Position numbers and translations under genes: made by a program. 64,000 bases of DNA from a bacterium (GTDB taxonomy: Bacteria > Krumholzibacteriota > Krumholzibacteriia > JACNKJ01): assembly GCA_024231955.1 (NCBI GenBank), contig JAAEPZ010000033.1, positions 86,240 to 150,239 on the forward strand, read 5' to 3'. Each line of letters opens with the position of its first letter. Position 1 is the stretch's first letter. Below are positions 35,191-43,170 of the stretch, in pieces. The notes beneath the pieces were generated by a model, which worked only from the letters and a program-made list of their open reading frames with translations, was not told the origin of the DNA and made no database searches.

Positions 35191-35392
35191 TGTATGTTGC
35201 CAGACCAAGCCGGAATTTCCTACCCCAAACCTGATAGACACATTCTCCTCTGATTGCTGAAGGCCGGATCAGATCCTCATCCTTCAACTCATGTCCCTGA
35301 TTATACACCACCTTCGTCTCAGTGTCTGCACTTTCAACAACTGCCTCGCCGTCTGGATCTCATGGTGGCGACCATGGTAGACATCCGCCGGC
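35191..35392 (-). mobile_element. IS 3'-end remnant (transposase C-terminus + terminal TGT), copy A
   Basis: Translates PADVYHGRHHEIQTARQLLKVQTLRRR..., typical of IS3/IS481-like rve transposase tails; homologous to 39974-40176. Confidence 0.65.
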
Positions 35393-35443
35393 GGACCTTG
35401 CTGGCAGAATACAATAAGTTCATCTAAACAGAAACGAGAGAGA

Positions 35444-36955
35444 TTACTTTAAGAGTGTGAGTTTATGCTGTTTAACGGCTCCCCCCGCTTCAATGCGGCA
35501 AAGATAGATCCCGCTAGGCAGCTCGTTGCCAAAACTGTCGGCTCCATCCCAAGCCGCATCCCAAGACCCTGCCGAATAGTGCTCGTTTGATATCATACGT
35601 ACTAGCTGACCAGCAACGTCATAGATACCTAGTCTGATATTGCATGGATCTGACAGGGAAAATCGAATCGCAGTATTAGGATTGAACGGATTAGGGAAAC
35701 TGGAAAGAGTGACTCGGACGGCTGGCACCGGAACCGAGGCTATCCCAGTTTGAGGATCCCAGTCCCAGCGAGCAATATTCCTGGATGGTTTGCCACCTGC
35801 ATATTCAAACCACCCGCCAACATATAGGTTGTTTTGGAATGTAATCAAGTCATAGACTCTGTTCCCCACGATACCAGTACCCAAAGGTAGCCACTCTCCA
35901 TTATCCAGACGAGCTATATTATTAAAGGGAACGCCATAATAACCCGTTATTTGGCCCGCTACATACATCTCTCCGCCAAACTTCTCAAACGCATATGCCC
36001 TTCCATCAACACCATCTCCTGATCGCAACCAAGAATGGCCATCCCATGTTGCGACATGACTTAATTCCTCTCCAAGCAATGTTCCGGTAAATGTTCCTCC
36101 GACAAACAGAAGATCTGTGTCAACTCCTAAACCCCATACGTCATCATTGAGCCCGCTACCCAGAGCATGCCAAGATACTCCATTCCACCGAGCAATATGT
36201 TCAACCATGATGTATTCCTCACGAGTTCCGGCTACATTATATGCCACCCTGAAAGTACCACCAGCTATCAAGTCGCCTTGATACTCTTCGAGGCAGAATA
36301 CCATTCCATTCAAGCCATACTCGCCCAATGCAGACCAAGAAGAATCATCCCATTTTGCAATATACCAACGGGGTTGATTATCAATTGCCTGAAACGTGCC
36401 ACCGGCGATTAAATCATCGCCGTATGTAAGCAGGCACCGGATTGAATTGCTGAAACTCCCCATACTGTGCCAAATCGCCCCATCCCACCGCGCTATTGTT
36501 GATATAGGGTTACCATCGATTTGCTCGAAATCGCCAGCGACAATCAGATCTCCATTATACACTGCCAGCGCTCGCACCCTGGCCATATGTCCAGTACAAC
36601 CAGTTCCAAAAGTACTCCAATTAGAACCATCCCAGATGGCAATGTTGTTGGCATCCAAGGAACCCGCCTTTGTGAAAGTCCCTCCGACAATCAGTTTACC
36701 ATCGTAAATCACACTACAACTAACGCGGAAACTCGAATGACCACTAATCCCCTCTCTTCCAAACCCATCCCACCAATACTCGTCTTCCGAGCTAGGGTGA
36801 TCACTAACTCTACTTTGAGCATGCAACAGCATAGAAGGGGTAGCAGAGCACAGATTACTCCCTAAAACTATGGCCATAAGAATCCCAATTACGATACCAG
36901 GGACTTTGGCACAATGCTTCTCCCTTAGAGAGACACTACTCATCATTCCTCCCAT
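35444..36955 (-). CDS. secreted beta-propeller repeat protein with FlgD-Ig/T9SS-like C-terminus
   Basis: Repeats 'Y.G.LI.GG.F.......IA.WDG..W..LG.G'; SFPNPFNP...HKLTLLK; visibly lower GC. Confidence 0.87.
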   Translation of the reverse strand: MGGMMSSVSLREKHCAKVPGIVIGILMAIVLGSNLCSATPSMLLHAQSRVSDHPSSEDEYWWDGFGREGISGHSSFRVSCSVIYDGKLIVGGTFTKAGSLDANNIAIWDGSNWSTFGTGCTGHMARVRALAVYNGDLIVAGDFEQIDGNPISTIARWDGAIWHSMGSFSNSIRCLLTYGDDLIAGGTFQAIDNQPRWYIAKWDDSSWSALGEYGLNGMVFCLEEYQGDLIAGGTFRVAYNVAGTREEYIMVEHIARWNGVSWHALGSGLNDDVWGLGVDTDLLFVGGTFTGTLLGEELSHVATWDGHSWLRSGDGVDGRAYAFEKFGGEMYVAGQITGYYGVPFNNIARLDNGEWLPLGTGIVGNRVYDLITFQNNLYVGGWFEYAGGKPSRNIARWDWDPQTGIASVPVPAVRVTLSSFPNPFNPNTAIRFSLSDPCNIRLGIYDVAGQLVRMISNEHYSAGSWDAAWDGADSFGNELPSGIYLCRIEAGGAVKQHKLTLLK

Positions 36956-37049
36956 GCTGTTGCATGTATAAATTTCTACCTCAAATACACAAGTCTCTGA
37001 GTAAGTATAGCATCACCAGCACTCTCAACTCAATTAAAATATATGCCAG

Positions 37050-37220
37050 TGACCTTCTCCCTTCAGCCGACCAAATCCTGAGTTAGTCTTTCAATCTTGT
37101 TTTGCTTCTCCGCAAACTCCTCAGTGGTCATCAGCCCCAGCGATCTATGCGGTCTGAACGTGTTGTACTTCTTCCGCCAATCCTCAATCTTCTGACGAGC
37201 GTCGGCCAGATTCGCAAAAA
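37050..37220 (-). mobile_element. IS3-family (IS407-like) 3'-end remnant with right inverted repeat
   Basis: FANLADARQKIEDWRKKYNTFRPHRSLGLMT transposase C-terminus, followed by ...GAAGGGAGAAGGTCA. Confidence 0.8.
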
Positions 37221-37370
37221 CCCCAAGAGCTCTCGCTCCCGGGGTTCGACGTTAACAGAAAGGCCGCCGGAATCCGGCGACCTTTATCAGGCTCCCCAAA
37301 CGTAACTCTCCTCGTAACCTTCACAGGGTTTGCACATTTTAGAACTGTCCAGCTATCAGGGAGGAGGTCA
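37218..37370 (-). repeat. att-like repeat copy 2 joined to an IS3-type terminus
   Basis: Same double hairpin and GGCTCC core as the tRNA-adjacent copy; same downstream arm as copy 1. Confidence 0.8.
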
Positions 37371-37508
37371 GTTGGTGCAAATGATCTGCCATGTGAGCAG
37401 ATTTGTCTGAACAGTATGTTTAGGCTTTGAGGGGGGAATAGGTCAGAAAGCGGTTCTTTCCAATGGAGGAGATGATATTCTGAATGCGGCCGAATATCGA
37501 CGACTGAG

Positions 37509-39956
37509 CTATCGAAGCAGTACAAGTTTACAAGTAGACTCAATACTGCCTATCGTCAGGCGAGCGAAGTAAACGCCTGATCCAACGGGTTCCTCTTTAT
37601 GATCATTCCCATCCCAATTCAGTTGGTATTTGCCTTTTGGATAATTCGCATTAGTCAGGGTTCTGATCTTTCTGCCCGAGACATCATAGACAGTGATATT
37701 GACACGATCCACCTCCGGAACATTGAAGCTGATCGTTGTAGTCGGATTGAATGGATTGGGGTAATTCCACAGCAAGCTGCCGGAGAGCAAAGTTGAAGGA
37801 TTATCAATCACACCTGTTACACCTTCAGTTCTGTTGATGAGAATCGATACACTACCGTAACCTTGGTTCGTCAAGGCCAGATCCATATGCCCATCATTAT
37901 CGAAATCACCTGTAGCAACAGATGTTGGGCGATTACCGGAGAAGTAGCATACGGTTGAGTCGAAAGTACCGTCTCCTAATCCCTTGAGAATAGCAACATC
38001 GTCAGTATATCTATTTGCTGCCGCGAGGTCCGTATGACCGTCACAATCGAAATCTTCAGCGACTACCGACTCGGGTTCATATCCAGCAAAGTAGTATTCG
38101 GCGGGACTGAATGAACCGTTCCCTGACCCAATGAGAATCGCGACACAGTAATCAATTACCAACGCTAGGTCCGTATGCCCGTCCCCATTGAAATCCCCTT
38201 TTGTGATCCAGACAGTATCTGAAACAGGGTAGCCGACCGCTGTGTCGAATGTGCCATCGCCAATTCCCAGGAGAATCGAGACACCGTACTCTTTCGCAAT
38301 AGCCAGATCCGTGTGCCCATCCTCGTTGAAATCTCCTGTTACAAGATTTGAAGGTGAGCCAGCGCCGATGCTATATGTCAGAGCCTCTCCGAACGTACCG
38401 TCCCCTGCGCCAGGTATGATCGATACTCCGTTTCTGTTCGTCACCGCCACATCGGTATGTCCATCCTCGTTGAAATCTCCAAGAGTCAGGGAATGGGATT
38501 CCTGCCCCAGCCAATAATCAACAGCGGTGTTGAATGAGCCGTCCCCAGCCCCAATGAGAATCGAGAAATCATGAGATAGACCATTTGCGGTAGCCAGATC
38601 ACAATGCCCGTCTTCATTGAAGTCTCCCGAGGAAACAATGAGGGGACGGGCTCCGACAGGGCAGGTTACTGTAGTATTGAATATGCCTTCCCCAGAACCC
38701 ATAATTATCGAGACATCATCGGAATTGTAATTGGCCACGGCAAGGTCTAGATTCCCGTCATTGTCAAAATCCTCCGTGATGACTGACCATGGATAACTGC
38801 CGGCGCTATAATAGGCAGGGCCGCAGATCGTACCCTCACTCACACCCGGGAAAATGAGGACACTTTCCTTGACCCAGTTTGCTACGGCTATTTCCTTATG
38901 CCCGTCACGGTCAAAATCCTCGGCGATGATCGAGGTAGGTGTAGACGAAACAGGATAACTCACATCAATACTGAATGTGCCATCCCCCGCTCCACAGTGA
39001 AGTGAGATGGAGGTGGAGGAGTAAATGGCTACAGCCAAATCATTGTGTCCGTCGTTATTCAAATCTTCCACTGTGATCGCGATGGGTTCGTTTCCTGTCA
39101 CGAGGGGCGAGGAGATACTGAAGCTGCCACTACCTGATCCCAATAGTATTGATATGTAGTCTGCATCTGAATTGGTGATCACCAAATCTATATGATCATC
39201 TTCATTGAAGTCCCCTGTGGCGAGTGAAGATGGTCCATCTTGCCCACCATAGCTCACCGATGCGTTAAATGAGCCATCTCCATTTCCCGAGTAAATCGAC
39301 ACACTACCGGATGCGTAGTTGGCAACCGCCAGATCAGTATTGCCATCCTCGTTAAAATCCATCCCAACAACTGAGCGGGGTTCATCACCTGTTGTGACAT
39401 TAGCAGCGACGATAAATGTGCCGTTCCCTGCACCCAACAGAATAGAGATATTATCTGATCCAGCATTCGCAACCGCCAGATCAGTATGTCCGTCATTGTT
39501 GACATCTCCAGCAGCAATTGAGTATGGGCTGTTACCTACAGGGATCGCTCGTGACCGGACAGTACTGGTAAATGTGCCATCACCAGCACCACATAGAATC
39601 GAAATATTGTTGGATGCCGAGTTGGCCACAGCCAGATCTATATGTCCGTCCTCATTGAAATCTCCTGTGAGAAGATATCGCGGTTCATTGCCGACAAAGA
39701 AGTAATTGGCAGTGCCAAAAGTACCGTCTCCTAGGTTTAGAAGAAGAGCAACATTGTTGGAGAGTACGTTTGCCGTCACCAGATCTAGATGACCGTCTTC
39801 ATTGAAGTCTTCCGATGCTATGGAATAGGGTGTGACAAGCTGCAAAGACCAATTATCAACACGGTAGGCTTGCGCCGTGTTGAAAAGCGGACCCGCAGCC
39901 TGCGAACTGGAAAAGGACGTAATAACGATAGCCAGACACCATAGTATTTTTTTCAC
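37509..39956 (-). CDS. secreted FG-GAP/VCBS repeat protein with FlgD-Ig/T9SS-like C-terminus
   Basis: GTG start (VKKILW) with AAGGAG RBS; about 14 'GDFNEDGHTDLAVAN...SIL.G.GDG.F' repeats; NYPNPFNP...KLVLLR; lower GC. Confidence 0.9.
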   Translation of the reverse strand: MKKILWCLAIVITSFSSSQAAGPLFNTAQAYRVDNWSLQLVTPYSIASEDFNEDGHLDLVTANVLSNNVALLLNLGDGTFGTANYFFVGNEPRYLLTGDFNEDGHIDLAVANSASNNISILCGAGDGTFTSTVRSRAIPVGNSPYSIAAGDVNNDGHTDLAVANAGSDNISILLGAGNGTFIVAANVTTGDEPRSVVGMDFNEDGNTDLAVANYASGSVSIYSGNGDGSFNASVSYGGQDGPSSLATGDFNEDDHIDLVITNSDADYISILLGSGSGSFSISSPLVTGNEPIAITVEDLNNDGHNDLAVAIYSSTSISLHCGAGDGTFSIDVSYPVSSTPTSIIAEDFDRDGHKEIAVANWVKESVLIFPGVSEGTICGPAYYSAGSYPWSVITEDFDNDGNLDLAVANYNSDDVSIIMGSGEGIFNTTVTCPVGARPLIVSSGDFNEDGHCDLATANGLSHDFSILIGAGDGSFNTAVDYWLGQESHSLTLGDFNEDGHTDVAVTNRNGVSIIPGAGDGTFGEALTYSIGAGSPSNLVTGDFNEDGHTDLAIAKEYGVSILLGIGDGTFDTAVGYPVSDTVWITKGDFNGDGHTDLALVIDYCVAILIGSGNGSFSPAEYYFAGYEPESVVAEDFDCDGHTDLAAANRYTDDVAILKGLGDGTFDSTVCYFSGNRPTSVATGDFDNDGHMDLALTNQGYGSVSILINRTEGVTGVIDNPSTLLSGSLLWNYPNPFNPTTTISFNVPEVDRVNITVYDVSGRKIRTLTNANYPKGKYQLNWDGNDHKEEPVGSGVYFARLTIGSIESTCKLVLLR

Positions 39957-39973
39957 GGCAGTCTCCTTGCTGG

Positions 39974-40176
39974 TGCATGTTGCCAGACCAAACCGGTTAT
40001 TCATACTCCAAAACTAATAGACACATTCCTCTCTGATTGCTAAAGGTCGGATCAACTTCTCACCCTTCAGCTCATATCCCTTATTATACTTCCTTCTTCG
40101 TCTCAGCGTCTATACTTTAAACAACTGTCTCGCCGGCTGGATCTCATGGTGGCGACCATGGTAGACATCCGCCAGC
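39974..40176 (-). mobile_element. IS 3'-end remnant, copy B
   Basis: Homologous to 35191-35392 and truncated at the same internal point. Confidence 0.65.
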
Positions 40177-40269
40177 CTGACTTTCTTCAGTGATTCATGA
40201 GAGGTGGTCCCCGGATTTCGGACAGTGTGTTAAGGTGGCTCCGCATCTCTGAACGGAGGAAAAGGAGCA

Positions 40270-40551
40270 ATGGCAAACCGACGTAAATTCTCAGCTGAGT
40301 TCAAGGCCAGGGTTGCCCTGGAGGCATTGGTGGGAGATAAAACGCTGGCCGAATTGGCCACCAAACACAATGTCCACCCGAACATGATCGCCCAGTGGAA
40401 ACGGCAGGCCAAGGAGAATATGCCAAGTCTGTTCTCCAGGAAAGCAGACCGCAGCCAGGTTGTCGGTGAGGCTGAGATCAAGGATCTGCACGCCAAGATC
40501 GGCCAGTTGACCGTGGAGCGTGATTTTTTAAAGAAAGCCTTCGGACGTTGA
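40270..40551 (+). CDS. IS3 transposase OrfA (HTH)
   Basis: RRKFSAEFKARVALEAL...LATKHNVHPN.I.QWK...KIGQLTVERDFL. Confidence 0.92.
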   Translation: MANRRKFSAEFKARVALEALVGDKTLAELATKHNVHPNMIAQWKRQAKENMPSLFSRKADRSQVVGEAEIKDLHAKIGQLTVERDFLKKAFGR

Positions 40552-41393
40552 GCCACGGACGGAGGGCAACGATGATCGAACCGCATCATCGGAGGCTCAG
40601 CATCGGCAGCCAATGCGAGTTGGTTAGCATCGCCCGCTCGTCGTACTACTACACGGGCAAAGGCGAGAGTCCGCTCAATCTAAAGCTGATGAGGCTTGTC
40701 GACGAGCAGTTCCTCCAGACACCCTTTTATGGATCACGCCAGATGAGAAAGTATCTTCGCAGGCAGGGCTATTTTGTCGGACGCCATCGTGTCCGGCGCC
40801 TGATGCGGAAGATGGGGTTGGAGGCGATCTTCCAGAGACCTAAGACCTCGGAGCCTCATCCAGAGCATCGCATCTACCCATACCTGTTGCGGAACATGGA
40901 GATCGACCAACCGAATCAGGTCTGGTGTGCCGACATCACGTACATCCCAATGCATAGGGGTTTTCTGTATCTGGTGGCGATCATGGACTGGGCGACACGG
41001 ACGGTCCTGGCCTGGCGGCTGTCCAACACGATGGACAGTTCTTTCTGTGTTGAAGCACTTGAAGAAGCATTGTTGAAGTATGGTACGCCGAAGATCTTCA
41101 ACACGGATCAGGGCAGCCAGTTTACGAGCCAGGAGTTTACGCAGGTGCTGAAGGACGCTGATGTACGGATCTCAATGGACGGTCGCGGCCGCTGGATGGA
41201 CAATGTCTTTATTGAGCGTCTGTGGCGGTCCCTCAAGTACGAATGCATTTACCTGCACGATTTCGAGGATGGCCTGCGAGCCAAGGCAGGTATCGATGTT
41301 TGGATGAAGTTCTACAACGAGGAGCGTCCTCACTCGCTGTTCGCTGATGACAGGACACCGATGGAGGAGTACAATCGATTGAAGGCGGCATGA
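40548..41393 (+). CDS. IS3 transposase OrfB (DDE/rve)
   Basis: [45 protein letters not shown]. Confidence 0.93.
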   Translation: MSHGRRATMIEPHHRRLSIGSQCELVSIARSSYYYTGKGESPLNLKLMRLVDEQFLQTPFYGSRQMRKYLRRQGYFVGRHRVRRLMRKMGLEAIFQRPKTSEPHPEHRIYPYLLRNMEIDQPNQVWCADITYIPMHRGFLYLVAIMDWATRTVLAWRLSNTMDSSFCVEALEEALLKYGTPKIFNTDQGSQFTSQEFTQVLKDADVRISMDGRGRWMDNVFIERLWRSLKYECIYLHDFEDGLRAKAGIDVWMKFYNEERPHSLFADDRTPMEEYNRLKAA

Positions 41394-41397
41394 TAAA

Positions 41398-42255
41398 TCA
41401 TATGGAGTCCACCTTAACTAAGCCGCTGAGCTGTCCAAGAAAGTGGGACCACCTCTCTCCGACATGGATCTCATCCTTGTAGGTGATTTGACCTATGTAG
41501 AGGACATTGGTGAGTAGGCTATGCAGGCTGTGTTTGTTGAATGGGTTGCCACCCGCGATCTTGCCCTTCTTTGTCGTCCACCGCTTGTTGGTCCATCCTC
41601 GTTCATCTAGAACTTGGAGCGTTCGCATGAGCGATTCTTGATCGAAGTAGATTTCGTATATGGACCGAACTCGCGTGGCTTCGTCTTCGTTGACGATCAG
41701 GCGACCGCCCTTGGGATCTACATCGAATCCAAGGATCGGTCTGCCACCTGCCCATTTACCTTTACGTCGTGTAGCGGCGATCTTATCGCGCGTCCGTTCC
41801 GAGATGATCTCACGCTCGAACTGCGAGAAGGATAGAAGGATATTCAGTGTTAGACGACCCATGGAACTGGTCGTATTGAACTGCTGTGTGACCGAAACAA
41901 AAGAAGCCCCGTGTTTTTCCAAAATCTCCATGATCCTGGTGAAATCGAGAAGACTCCGCGACATGCGGTCGACCTTGTAGACCATTACGCAGTCAATCCG
42001 TCCAGCTTCTACATCTGCCATGAGTCGTTTGAACGCCGGGCGCTCCATGTTGCCACCGGTGTATCCACCATCATCGTACCGATCCGGAAGGCAAATCCAG
42101 CCCTCACTTTTCTGGCTGGCGATGAAAGCCTCCCCAGCTTCACGTTGGGCATCAAGGCTATTGAACTCCTGCTCAAGACCCTCCTCAGTGCTCTTGCGGG
42201 TGTAGATGGCACAGCGGATCTCCGGAACCTCAGCCCTCTTTCCTGCCATAGGCAT
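41398..42255 (-). pseudogene. large serine recombinase, C-terminally truncated by the IS3
   Basis: CAIYTRKST (catalytic Ser), YDDGG.TGG..ERPA, VYKVDRMSRS, FSQFEREIISER; recombinase domain cut at 41458, last residues read from IS sequence. Confidence 0.88.
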
Positions 42256-42739
42256 GTCCTTTCTTGCCAAGCTTGAAGAAGTGGTAACCGTTCCAGTGGG
42301 TGCCTGTGACCTTCTTGGCAACAGCACTCAACGTCCGGTATACTTCCCCCGCATACTCAAACCCTCTTGGCAGGACCCGCACCTCGATCATCTCACCTTT
42401 GTACTGCCGGGTGATGATTGCACCTGACATGGGAAGACGATTATCCTGGGAAAGCTGGATGGTCGAAACCGAGGTCAGGTCAGTTGGAGAAACTGCTATT
42501 TCCCTTGGCGCTGTGAGACGGATGTCGGAATCAACTGCGAGATCCTTCGCCCTCTGCCGCGCGCGATCGGACAAACCTCCTTCCCGGTTTGCCTGCAATC
42601 GCCAGATGATTCGGCGAATCAGGAACTGCTTGTGTCGGGACGTCGTGCTCTCACCAAACGCTTCAGTATACTTCTGTCGAAGATCCGGAATCGTCATCTT
42701 CTGAAGTGCTGTGATTTCCTTGCCGATGTTGAGCGTCAT
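42230..42739 (-). CDS. DUF2924-family protein
   Basis: L..M....LR..Y...FG...RI.WRLQ...GGLS, G..ITR.YKG....V.V...GF.Y.G..Y..LSAVA...TG..WNG..FF.L; overlaps the recombinase start. Confidence 0.85.
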   Translation of the reverse strand: MTLNIGKEITALQKMTIPDLRQKYTEAFGESTTSRHKQFLIRRIIWRLQANREGGLSDRARQRAKDLAVDSDIRLTAPREIAVSPTDLTSVSTIQLSQDNRLPMSGAIITRQYKGEMIEVRVLPRGFEYAGEVYRTLSAVAKKVTGTHWNGYHFFKLGKKGHAYGRKEG

Positions 42740-42774
42740 ACTTCACTCCTCTCGTGAACTTCGGTGCGTTAACC

Positions 42775-42984
42775 CTAAGTCACATGAGGGCAGGAAGTTG
42801 GGAGCACATCAAGGGCTTTCTGGAGCGGTTCAGACGTATGCCCATCGGGTTCTGAAACGGCCGATTCTGGCGACAAATGACGGGGCCAGTGAAGGCGGAG
42901 GATCCCTCTCGCGAGGATAGCCGCAATCTCGTCACTGCATTGGCTAGGGAGCAGGTTGGGGGTGTTTTCTGACGAATGCCGCAT
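42775..42984 (-). CDS. small hypothetical protein upstream of DUF2924
   Basis: 'EIAAILARGILRL' helix resembling small ORFs that precede DUF2924/recombinase pairs. Confidence 0.55.
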   Translation of the reverse strand: MRHSSENTPNLLPSQCSDEIAAILARGILRLHWPRHLSPESAVSEPDGHTSEPLQKALDVLPTSCPHVT

Positions 42985-43170
42985 CGTGAACCTCCCGCTG
43001 GGTGTACCCACAACGGCCTCCGCCCAACAGTCGGCTCATTGTCTGGCTAGACTAGAATCTATGTTTATGTTTATCTACTCGGTATGGTTACGATACGTCG
43101 ATAATAGGGAGATGACCTAGCTATCTAGCCCTGATAGATGGAGAGGAATCCCACAAAGATTAGGAGGTGG

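Larger units (their letters stand above)
40199..41457 (+). mobile_element. apparently complete IS3-family insertion sequence
   Basis: Terminal IRs GAGAGGTGGTCCC...GGACAG / CTGTCC...GGGACCACCTCTC enclosing orfA and orfB; no target-site duplication seen. Confidence 0.9.

Noticed and set aside
35075-35311. 78-aa ORF as a real gene
   Set aside because: It mostly overlaps the IS-end remnant and reads the transposase tail through the terminal repeat.
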